Shown piece by piece: positions 15,501-26,674 of a DNA stretch of 64,000 nucleotides. The DNA comes from Rhizophagus irregularis (lineage: Eukaryota): assembly GCF_026210795.1 (NCBI RefSeq), contig NC_089431.1:4836001-4900000 (forward strand), written 5' to 3'. Both the position numbers and the translations under genes were made by a program. The notes under the pieces are model-generated. The model made no database searches. It had not been told where the DNA came from and saw only the letters and a list, made by a program, of their open reading frames with translations. Every line of letters starts with the position of its first letter. Position 1 is the first letter of the stretch.

Positions 15501-18500
15501 TTATATGCTAAATATTATAGCAATAAGCAATAATAGAATTAAGTAAATAACTTACTCTCTATATTATTTAATAATTTTTTAAATAAAGAAATTAGTTAGT
15601 TTAAATTATATGTAAATATTATAACAATAAGTAATAATAGAATTAAATAAATAACTTACTCCCTATATTATTTAATAATTTTTTAAATAAAGAAATTAGT
15701 TAGTTTAAATTATATGTAAATATTATAACAATAAGTAATAATAGAATTAAATAAATAACTTACTCTCTATATTATTTAATATTTTAAATAAAGAAATTAG
15801 TTAGTTTAAATTATATGTAAATATTATAACAATAAGTAATAATAGAATTAAATGAATAACTTATAACTTGCCAACTAAAATAAATTACAAAATAATTTTT
15901 AAATAAAGAAATTAGTTAGTTTAAATTATATGTAAATATTATAACAATAAGTAATAATAGAATTAAATAAATAACTTACTCCCTATATTATTTAATAATT
16001 TTTTAAATAAAGAAATTAGTTAGTTTAAATTATATGTAAATATTATAACAATAAGTAATAATAGAATTAAATAAATAACTTATAACTTACAATCTATTAA
16101 ATAAAGAAATTAGTTAGTTTAAATTATATGTAAATATTATAACAATAAGTAATAATAGAATTAAATAAATAACTTATAACTTACAATCTATTAAATAAAG
16201 AAATTAGTTAGTTTAAATTATATGTAAATATTATAACAATAAGTAATAATAGAATTAAGTAAATAACTTACTCTCTATATTATTTAATAATTTTTTAAAT
16301 AAAGAAATTAGTTAAGTTTAAATTATATGTAAATATTATAACAATAAGTAATAATAGAATTAAATAAATAACTTACTCCCTATATTATTTAATAATTTTT
16401 AAATAAAGAAATTAGACCAGTTTAAATTATATGTAAATATTATAACAATAAACAATAATAGAATTAAATAAATAACTTACTCTCTATATTATTTAATAAT
16501 TTTTAAATAAAGAAATTAGTTAGTTTAAATTATATGTAAATATATAACATGCAGTAATAATAGAATTAAATGAATAACTTATAACTTGCCAACTAAAATA
16601 AATTACAAAATAATTTTTAAATAAAGAAATTAGTTAGTTTAAATTATATGTAAATATTATAACAATAAGTAATAATAGAATTAAATAAATAACCTCCCTA
16701 TATTATTTAATAATTTTTTAAATAAAGAAATTAGTTAGTTTAAATTATATGTAAATATTATAACAATAAGTAATAATAGAATTAAAATAATAACATAACT
16801 TACAATCTATTAAATAAAGAAATTAGTTAGTTTAAATTATATGTAAATATTATAACAATAAGTAATAATAGAATTAAATAAATAACTTACTCTCTATATT
16901 ATTTAATAATTTTTTAAATAAAGAAATTAGTTAGTTTAAATTATATGTAAATATTATAACAATAAGTAATAATAGAATTAAGTAAATAACTTACTCTCTA
17001 TATTATTTAATAATTTTTTAAATAAAGAAATTAGTTAGTTTAAATTATATGTAAATATTATAACAATAAGTAATAATAGAATTAAATAAATAACTTACTC
17101 CCTATATTATTTAATAATTTTTTAAATAAAAAGTAGTTAGTTTAAATTATATGTAAATATTATAACAATAAGTAATAATAGAATTAAATAAATAACTTAC
17201 TCTCTATATTATTTAATAATTTTTTAAATAAAGAAATTAGTTAGTTTAAATTATATGTAAATATTATAACAATAAGTAATAATAGAATTAAATGAATAAC
17301 TTATAACTTGCCAACTAAAATAAATTACAAAATAATTTTTAAATAAAGAAATTAGTTAGTTTAAATTATATGTAAATATTATAACAATAAGTAATAATAG
17401 AATTAAATAAATAACTTACTCCCTATATTATTTAATAATTTTTTAAATAAAGAAATTAGTTAGTTTAAATTATATGTAAATATTATAACAATAAGTAATA
17501 ATAGAATTAAATAAATAACTTATAACTTACAATCCTATTAAATAAAGAAATTAGTTAGTTTAAATTATATGTAAATATTATAACAATAAGTAATAATAGA
17601 ATTAAATAAATAACTTATAACTTACAATCTATTAAATAAAGAAATTAGTTAGTTTAAATTATATGTAAATATTATAACAATAAGTAATAATAGAATTAAG
17701 TAAATAACTTACTCTCTATATTATTTAATAATTTTTTAAATAAAGAAATTAGTTAGTTTAAATTATATGTAAATATTATAACAATAAGTAATAATAGAAT
17801 TAAATAAATAACTTACTCCCTATATTATTTAATAATTTTTTAAATAAAGAAATTAGTTAGTTTAAATTATATGTAAATATTATAACAATAAGTAATAATA
17901 GAATTAAATAAATAACTTACTCTCTATATTATTTAATAATTTTTTAAATAAAGAAATTAGTTAGTTTAAATTATATGTAAATATTATAACAATAAGTAAT
18001 AATAGAATTAAATGAATAACTTATAACTTGCCAACTAAAATAAATTACAAAATAATTTTTAAATAAAGAAATTAGTTAGTTTAAATTATATGTAAATATT
18101 ATAACAATAAGTAATAATAGAATTAAATAAATAACTTACTCCCTATATTATTTAATAATTTTTTAAATAAAGAAATTAGTTAGTTTTAATTATATGTAAA
18201 TATTATAACAATAAGTAATAATAGAATTAAATAAATAACTTATAACTTACAATCTATTAAATAAAGAAATTAGTTAGTTTAAATTATATGTAAATATTAT
18301 AACAATAAGTAATAATAGAATTAAATAAATAACTTACTCTCTATATTATTTAATAATTTTTTAAATAAAGAAATTAGTTAGTTTAAATTATATGTAAATA
18401 TTATAACAATAAGTAATAATAGAATTAAATGAATAACTTATAACTTGCCAACTAAAATAAATTACAAAATAATTTTTAAATAAAGAAATTAGTTAGTTTA

Positions 18501-19449
18501 AATTATATGTAAATATTATAACAATAAGTAATAATAGAATTAAATAAATAACTTACTCCCTATATTATTTAATAATTTTTTAAATAAAGAAATTAGTTAG
18601 TTTAAATTATATGTAAATATTATAACAATAAGTAATAATAGAATTAAATAAATAACTTATAACTTACAATCTATTAAATAAAAGTAGTTAGTTTAAATTA
18701 TATGTAAATATTATAACAATAAGTAATAATAGAATTAAGTAAATAACTTACTCCCTATATTATTTAATAATTTTTTAAATAAAGAAATTAGTTAGATTAA
18801 ATTATATGTAAATATTATAACAATAAGTAATAATAGAATTAAATATATAACTTACTCCCTATATTATTTAATAATTTTTTAAATAAAGAAATTAGTTAGT
18901 TTAAATTATATGTAAATATTATAACAATAAGTAATAATAGAATTAAATAAATAACTTATAACTTGCCAACTAAAATAAATTACAAAATAATTTTTAAATA
19001 AAGAAATTAGTTAGTTTAAATTATATGTAAATATTATAACAATAAGTAATAATAGAATTAAATAAATAACTTATAACTTACAATCTATTAAATAAAGAAA
19101 TTAGTTAGTTTAAATTATATGTAAATATAGTAATAATAGAATCAAATAAATAACTTACCATCTATATTAATTAATAATTTTTTAAATAATGAAATTAGTT
19201 AAATTATATAAATAATATAAATATAGATATCATATAACTTACACCCTGTAGTATTATTAATTATTAATTAGTTAAATATAAAGATAATATAAAAGTATTT
19301 ACTTGTAAATTATATATATTACTTACAATCTAGTTATTTAAATTAAGAATATAATTAGTTGAATTATGTAAAATATTAAACATGAATTGTTTATAAATAA
19401 AAACTTAATATTTCAGCTTGTTTGATATACCTTTAATACATTTGTCCAT
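12559..19449 (-). CDS. TKL-type Ser/Thr/Tyr protein kinase. Conventional exons are 13959-13710, 13642-12757 and 12674-12559. Predicted 5' part is exon 19449-19431 plus 53 micro-exons.
   Basis: The kinase itself is well supported: EGGFGTIY, VILK, IHCDFHDGN, DLGL, MAPE, DIYSF. The 13959 exon has no in-frame ATG and starts at an acceptor. The upstream micro-exon chain links it in frame to the ATG at 19449. The 5' structure is inferred from splice signals only. Confidence 0.8.
14210..19330 (-). repeat. Tandem array of about 50 intron + 3-nt exon units (87-111 bp) with a ~720-bp seven-unit higher-order repeat
   Basis: On the + strand each unit boundary reads acttac-NNN-cta or acttgc-NNN-cta. On the minus strand that is TAG|NNN|GTAAGT or GCAAGT. 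The shared core contains CTAACTAAT upstream of the acceptor. Confidence 0.92.
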
Positions 19450-19922
19450 TACTATATCAAAATTCTTTAAATTACTATATCAAAATCTCAAATTCTCCCC
19501 AACCGGAAAAGTTAAAGTAAATATCTTTTTTTCTTTTTTTTTTTATTATTAAGCGCCTTTAATGCAAAATACATTATGTGCAAAAATGTTGATCACAAGT
19601 ACATCATTGCATATATGACAAATAAACCGGAAGTCCGGAATGTAAATCAATTATTACAAAAATCGCAGTAACTGATTAATCATTTAATTATTAAGCACCA
19701 ATGAAATGATTATCATTCATTAACCCAAAGATAAGATTTTCTGGTAATTTTTATCTTTAAGGGGAAAAAATTTTAGTCGATCATCCCATTTTGACCAGAT
19801 TTTCGCCAAAATTTTCCCATTCCATTTTTAAAAATCACCACATGCACAGTTGCCGTGGATACGAAAAAAATTGCCTTTTTGGTAAAAAAGTCTCCAGTTA
19901 ATCTTTATATTATTATTGTACT

Positions 19923-19987
19923 TGTACATGTACATGAACATGAACATGAACATGAACATGAACATGTACAGTACATGTACATGTACA
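19923..19987. repeat. (CATGAA/CATGTA)n microsatellite
   Basis: tgtacatgtacatgaacatgaacatgaac...atgtacagtacatgtacatgtaca. Confidence 0.85.
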
Positions 19988-20119
19988 GAGAAAGTGAACA
20001 TTCACTATGGAAACTTTTTGCGCTGAGTTTAACTGTGCTGCTCAAAAAGAATGTTAATTTGACAGATCATGAAATAGTATGTTGATCATTTTTTATTAAA
20101 ATGTGAAAAAAAAAAAATT

Positions 20120-20935
20120 TTTTTTTAATCAAAAACGTCAAAAATTTGACGTTTTTGTGATTGAAAAATCAAAAAAAAATTGATTTTTTTTAATCAAAAC
20201 GTCAGACTTGACGTTTTTGTGATTGAAAAATCAAAAAAAATTAATTTTTTTTAATCAAAACGTCAGACTTGACGTTTTTGTGATTGAAAAATCAAAAATA
20301 ATTGATTTTTTTTAATAAAAAACGTCAAAATAATTGATTTTTTTAATCAACTTGACGTTTCTGTGATTAAAAAATCAAAAAAAATGATTTTTTTAATCAA
20401 AAACGTCAGACTTGACGTTTTTGTGATTAAAAAATCAAAAAAAAATGATTTTTTTAATCAAAAACGTCAGACTTGACGTTTTTGTGATTAAAAAATCATT
20501 TTTTTTTGATTTTTATTAGCTAAGAACGTCAGACTTGACGTTTTTGTTATTAAAAATCAAGAAAATTTGATTTTTATTAGCTAAGAACGTCAGACTTGAC
20601 GTTTTTGTTATTAAAAATCAAGGAAAAATGATTTTTATTAGCTAAGAACGTCAGACTTGACGTTTTTGTTATTAAAAATCAAGGGAAAATGATTTTTATC
20701 AGCTAAGAACGTCAGACTTGACGTTTTTGTTATTAAAAATCAAGGGAAAATGATTTTTATTAGCTAAAAACGTCAGACTTGACGTTTTTGTTATTAAAAA
20801 TCAAGGGAAAAATGATTTTTATTAGCTAAAAACGTCAGACTTGACGTTTTTGTTATTAAAAATCAAGGGAAAATGATTTTTATTAGCTAAAAACGTCATA
20901 CTTGACGTTTTTGTTAGCTAAAAATCAAAAAAAAT
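20120..20935. repeat. About 60-bp minisatellite, roughly 13-14 copies, each with the palindrome AAAACGTCA-gact-TGACGTTTT
   Basis: Direct reading. Units change gradually along the array (taatcaaaa becomes tagctaaga). Confidence 0.92.
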
Positions 20936-20949
20936 AGTGTACTTTTGTA

Positions 20950-22365
20950 AAAGTATACTAATAAATTAATAAAAGATTTTTTTATAAACAATAGATTGTG
21001 TTTAGTGAGATTTATAAAAAAATTTAATGAGACTTTTTTTTAATAATAGTTTGGTATAAAAAAATTTTCTAGGATTTTTTTTTTTAATAATATAATGGTA
21101 TAGTACAATAGATAGATATAATAAAATTTTCTGGAATTTATTTTAATAACAATAGGTATGATAACATTTTTGGTGATTTTTTTTTAATATTAAACAATAG
21201 ATTGGTATCATAGTACAATAGATTTATTTAACAAGATTTTTGTGATTTTTTTAATAACAATAAATTGGTAATAACAATCATTAACTTATTAAGTTAATAA
21301 TTGTTTTTTAGTAAAATTTTTTCCAGTAATACTAATACTACTAATAGGTAATAGATAACTTAATAAACTTTAATAAAATAGATTAAGATATATAAAAAAA
21401 ATTTGAGATTTTTTTAACAATAGATTGGTATAGTACAATGAATAGATATAAAAAAATTTTCTGAATTTTTTTTTTAATAATAGATTGATATAAATATATT
21501 TTCTGAACTTTTTTTTAACAATAGAGTCATTAGATCAATATAAAAAATTTTTTGATAACAACAGATTGGTATGTTATAACTTATAATGGATAGATATAAA
21601 GAATTTTCTAAGATTTTTTATTAATACAATAGATCAGTTTCTGGAATTTTTTATGACAAATTAATTGGTATAGTACAAAAGATACTAGGTATAAAATTTC
21701 TTGGGATTTATTTTAACAACAATAGGTATGATAAAATTTTTGGTGACTTTTTTTTAATAACAATAGATTGGTATTACTGCGACTAGTAATTGAAAACCAA
21801 TATGATTTGCCAATTCATTATCAGTTCAGTTTTTAATGTTTTTGCAACATTTTTTATTGTCTATTACCAATCTATTGTTATTAAAAAAAAACACAAAAAA
21901 TTTTATTAAATCAATCCATTGTACTATACCATCCATTGTATTATAATACCAATCTATTATTGTTATTAAAAAAAAAATAATCACCAAAAATTTAGCATAC
22001 CTATTGTTATTAATATAAATCTCAGAAAATTTTATTATATCTATCTATTGTACTATACCATTAAAAAAATCTTGGAAAATTTTTTTATTAACCTTATTAA
22101 ATGTAATCTATTGTTTTATTTATATTACTTATCAGTAATATTAGTGTTACTGTGAACTATAAAAAAAATCTTACTAAAAACAATTATTAACTTCAGTTAA
22201 TAAGTTAATTGTTTATTACCAATATATTGTTATTAAAAAAAATCATAGAAAATTTTTTTATACCAAACTATTATTAAAAAAAAATCTCATTAAATTTTTT
22301 TATAAATCTCACTAACACAATCTATTGTTATAAAAAAATCTTTTATTAATTTATTAGTATACTTT
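20950..22365. repeat. Long imperfect inverted repeat (foldback-like), arms about 20950-21775 and 21862-22365
   Basis: aaagtatactaataaattaataaaagatttt...gtgagatttataaaaaaatttaatgaga at 20950-21030 is the reverse complement of 22285-22365. The subrepeat aacaatagattggta on the left appears as taccaatctattgtt on the right. Confidence 0.85.
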
Positions 22366-25315
22366 CAAAAATAAACTCACTCACTATATCCAAAAGTACA
22401 CTAGTTTTTATATATAGTTTTAATAGTTAAATAAACTATTCATTAATTTAAAGAACAATTAAATATTAATAAAATTTCATTTTTACAATTAAATTACTAA
22501 AAATCTAATATTGAAATATGATTGGACAGAAATAAATGAATTAAAAATAACAAATATTTTGTAGTTTTATTTAATTAAAGATAATGCACCGTCCAAAAAT
22601 AAGTATAGTAATGTTATATACTTCTTGTTTCCTATAATAAATAAAATTTTTCATTATTTCACATTGACTGCTATTTGGATATTTTGGCTAACTATACTAT
22701 TATTTAAAAAAGTGTATTTAGCTGAAATATTCAGCTAAAAATAGTAGTTGTTGAACCAATAAAATATTCAAGATCAACATGAATTTTTTTTGGCTGGATG
22801 TTGTAAGCCAAAAATTTACTATGCCTTCGGCTGAATTTTTTGGCTAACTACACCATTATTGAATCATTTATTTTTTTTGCATAGCACCGTAACTTTATAT
22901 AATAATAATATAATAAGGTTTACAAATTATTTATAGAAATAAGTATATATTTTTTTCATTAAACTGCGACCATAGACAAACATTTTAAATACTGAAAAGT
23001 GAAAACACCAAAAATACTTACATCACATGTTGATTAACTGAAGTTTAAAATGTAATAATTTACTAAACAGAGAATCATTTTTCACATTCAAACATTCAAA
23101 AGAAAAAAAATTATTATTATTTTTTTACTATGAAATAATATTATTATTTTTAAATGAAAAATTATTTAGAACAAATTACAAAAAATTGAAATATTATAAA
23201 ATTTATATAATTATAACAACTTTTTTTAAAAATTAAAATCTTAGCATTATAATTTGATTCAAATGATTCTTTAATTTTTGTAAGAAGAAACAAATCCTTT
23301 TTAACATTTTAAAAATTGCCTTACTAACCCAACACATCAATATAGTAATCTTTAGCTGTATATAAAAATATCTTGTTCATCCAAAATTTCATAATTAGTT
23401 AATATGCTAAACAATAGTCTGAGACAATACTATAAAATCAAAAAAAAAATTTTTTTAAAGGAGAGTGACGAAAAAAAATTTCTTTTTAAAGGGAGGTGAC
23501 GAAGAAAGAAGATTAAAAAAAAGTATTGAATAAAATTGGAATTATGAAAATTTCGCGGTCCTAGATAATTTTGGCCAAATTTGTAATTCTGGCCGGCGTT
23601 ATGAATTCTGGCCAGAATTATTGCCGATCAGTTGTAAATCTAATCTGGATTTCAGTTTCTATCTGGATTTTTTGACCCGGATAAAGAATCCAGATCAATC
23701 CGGATAAAACCTGGATTTTTTTTGTGTAATCCGGACGACAGTTTTCATCTGGATCGAAGCACTACTCTGGACAACTATGATTACATTTGTTATAATTATT
23801 AAGATTACAATATAATCATACATAAGCACGAAAATCAAACACATAATATTGTATATAAAAGAAAAAAAAATGCTTGTTTTAAAATAACAAGTTTCTGAAA
23901 AACACTAATGATCATTATACAAGACCAATGATCGCTAGTATTGTTTTCACAAAGATATCATAGAGTTTATGGTGTTTTATTGATTTCTGAATTCTGATGC
24001 TTACACAATTTCAAATCTTTTGTTAATCCATTTATTTGGTAACAGCTATTTTCGTTCTCATTATCAAAAACAAATTCTGATTTACCTTAAATATTATCCT
24101 CCTGCCAAGCTTTACAATAAATAAATTAAAATTAAAATTAAAAAGAATATTCATAATGTTAAATTACTCATGAATTTAGCTTAATAAAATCAGATATAAT
24201 AACACGCGTTCGGAAAATAATGAGAATCAATTTGCTCCCATATTAGAACCTCATATACAATATACATTTAATTAAATAAATTAAGTCGCTGTATTTTAAA
24301 ACTAACAAATATTCAAAAATTTGCCTTCAGTGGCTGGTATAAAAACATTAAACTACAGATGGTTACAATGATGTTAAAAGTGAAAGAAATGGGACGTCGC
24401 ATACATAGTAAGCGCTGCTGATTGTGGTTTATACTAATAATGATAGAGTTCATAAGCTTTTTAATAAGCATTTAGAATTTTTTATTTTTATTTTTATAAG
24501 GAATTTAAAGTAATCACGTTGTTAGATTGAGTGAGATAAAAATAGATTAGTGAATACAAACTACATTTGTTATTAGGGGAATCCACTAATTTTCCACTCA
24601 ACAAGTTTCTGAAAGTATTTTTTTTTATCCATCGATAGACATAATTTCAGAATCATACCATTTTATCGTAAGTTGAGGCAAAGATGTATTTAAACATGTA
24701 AAATAATTTCACATATTTACTGATGACACAGATTATACTATGAAATGAATGGCCGATCATAATAAAATGGAGATATGATAGCAGAAAAACATTCATGTGC
24801 ATTTCTAAATTGATACTTGAACAACATCCAAATCAAACGAAAAGTGGCTTAATTTAGAAATGATCAATTTCTCAAAAATTAGAATATAATATAGATTTTT
24901 AAAGGAAACATAAATATTTACTACTCTTTTTATCTTATACTATTTCTTATCAGCAGAAGGTATTCTATGTGCTAAAAACTGCTATAAAACTATCATAGTA
25001 AGGGCAGAAGTATATGTTATCTGGATAAATTCGGATTGGATACTCAGATAACGGATAATGGATACCTGATAATCATTATGTATAAAGGATACCACGAGTT
25101 ACGCATGATGATGATACATCGTTCCATTGCAATTTTGTATGACTATTGATTTACCATCATTAGTACCAGGTATAGGTCATGAAGTAATTATCATTACAGA
25201 ATGATTCATTTATGAATTAGTCATCACTTGTTATGACTACAAAAAAGTAATTAAATGATCTTAGATTATCTATTCTTTAATCATTTCTTAGATTTACTGT
25301 ACGATTTTCATAATT

Positions 25316-26674
25316 ATGTTAAATAACTCTCTATTGACAAACTCTTTTTTCATTAATGGCTCTAAAAAATTTCAGTTACGCTCATTACGCCCATTCTCAT
25401 CAACAAGATATAATATTGTCGCATCACACGTAGAGAAAAGACTTGCTGTGTTAAATAAAGTAATTTTATTTTTTAAATTATTATCAAATAACATATAGCA
25501 AATAATCAGTTCTTTACTCGTTTAACTTAACAGATTTACTCACCACTTATGATTTATCATAAAGAGAAACTTGATTGGGCTAAACTTATCAGATCCGGAA
25601 AGGTCTGGGAAAATTATTTTGGTCCATTTGAATGGCGAGAAAAGGATTATGGTATGAACTAAAAATATTTTTATTTTGTTTTAATTTTGACTAATTAATC
25701 AATTTAATTTTTTTTTTTTCATTCAAAAGAATTTCGATCAAAATATGCTGATGTATTGAAAGAAATTGATGCATTCAAAGACTCTAAGAAAGTTACAGCT
25801 GCAAACTTTTTACAAAGTATGACTGCTAGTTTTACACAACAAAGTTGTGCATTGGAAGGAAATAAATTAGGGATAATAGATACGCAAAAAATTTGGAATT
25901 CACTGAAAAAAAATTATAATTTTGATAATATTATGACAAATTGGAATATACCATTACCTGCACCAAGCTCTCTTTCTGATAAAGAAGAAAATAAAGTTAT
26001 TGAAATCCGGAATCATCTAATTGCAACTTATTATCTTTATAATACTTTGTATGTGACAAAGAAAAAAATTGATTTTGACGAAATAAAAAGAATTCATCAA
26101 ATTCTTTTAAAAGGTACACCAATGGAGAATGTCCAATTAAATGATTATGATTTTTGTGAGGATAAATTTCAAAGAGAGTTTATTCTACATAGTGGAAAAT
26201 TTCGTAAATTGAGTGTAGATTCATGTATTTCTAATGATGTAATTCATCCAGTAAGTTTTAACTATTTAAGTTTTTTTTATTTATTAATATTTTATTGTAA
26301 TTGATTTAATTGATTTCATACTTTTATAATTCGTGTAGTTTCCCATTGAAGTACCTGCATTGATGAGAAGTCTTTTACTATTTATAAATTATGGTATTCC
26401 TGATAAGATTCACCCTATTATGTTTGCGTGTCGTATACTTTCTGCCTTTCATCATATTCATCCATTTAGTACTGCCAATGGACATGTTGGTCGTTTAATT
26501 ATGGCACTATATCTCATCCGCAATGATTATCCGCCTGTTATTTTCCATCAAATAAATCAAGAGGAATATAATTCTACTCTATTAATGTCACAAGGAGAAA
26601 TGGATTCAACTTCGTTATATGCTTTAGCGGTAGTAAATATTCTTAACAATTTTATAAAGATGCACACAACATGA
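25316..26674 (+). CDS. Fic/Fido-domain protein. Exons 25316-25459, 25534-25651, 25730-26250, 26339-26674.
   Basis: All three introns are GT-AG and keep the frame. It has the inhibitory-helix motif SCALEGN, IKRIHQILL, GKFR, and the Fic-like loop HPFSTANGHVGRL. Confidence 0.88.

Noticed and set aside
14230..19190. CRISPR-like array (constant repeat plus variable spacer)
   Set aside because: The context is eukaryotic with no cas genes. The variable parts are a few recurring types rather than unique spacers, and splice signals explain the structure.
14230..19190. Plain satellite, or recursive-splicing sites with zero-length exons
   Set aside because: Acceptor and donor are consistently 3 nt apart rather than adjacent. 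The pattern persists in non-repetitive flanking introns, and the joined triplets restore the kinase frame.
19855..20085. ORF with an HEHEHE tract
   Set aside because: It is the translation of a CATGAA microsatellite, with no other coding evidence.
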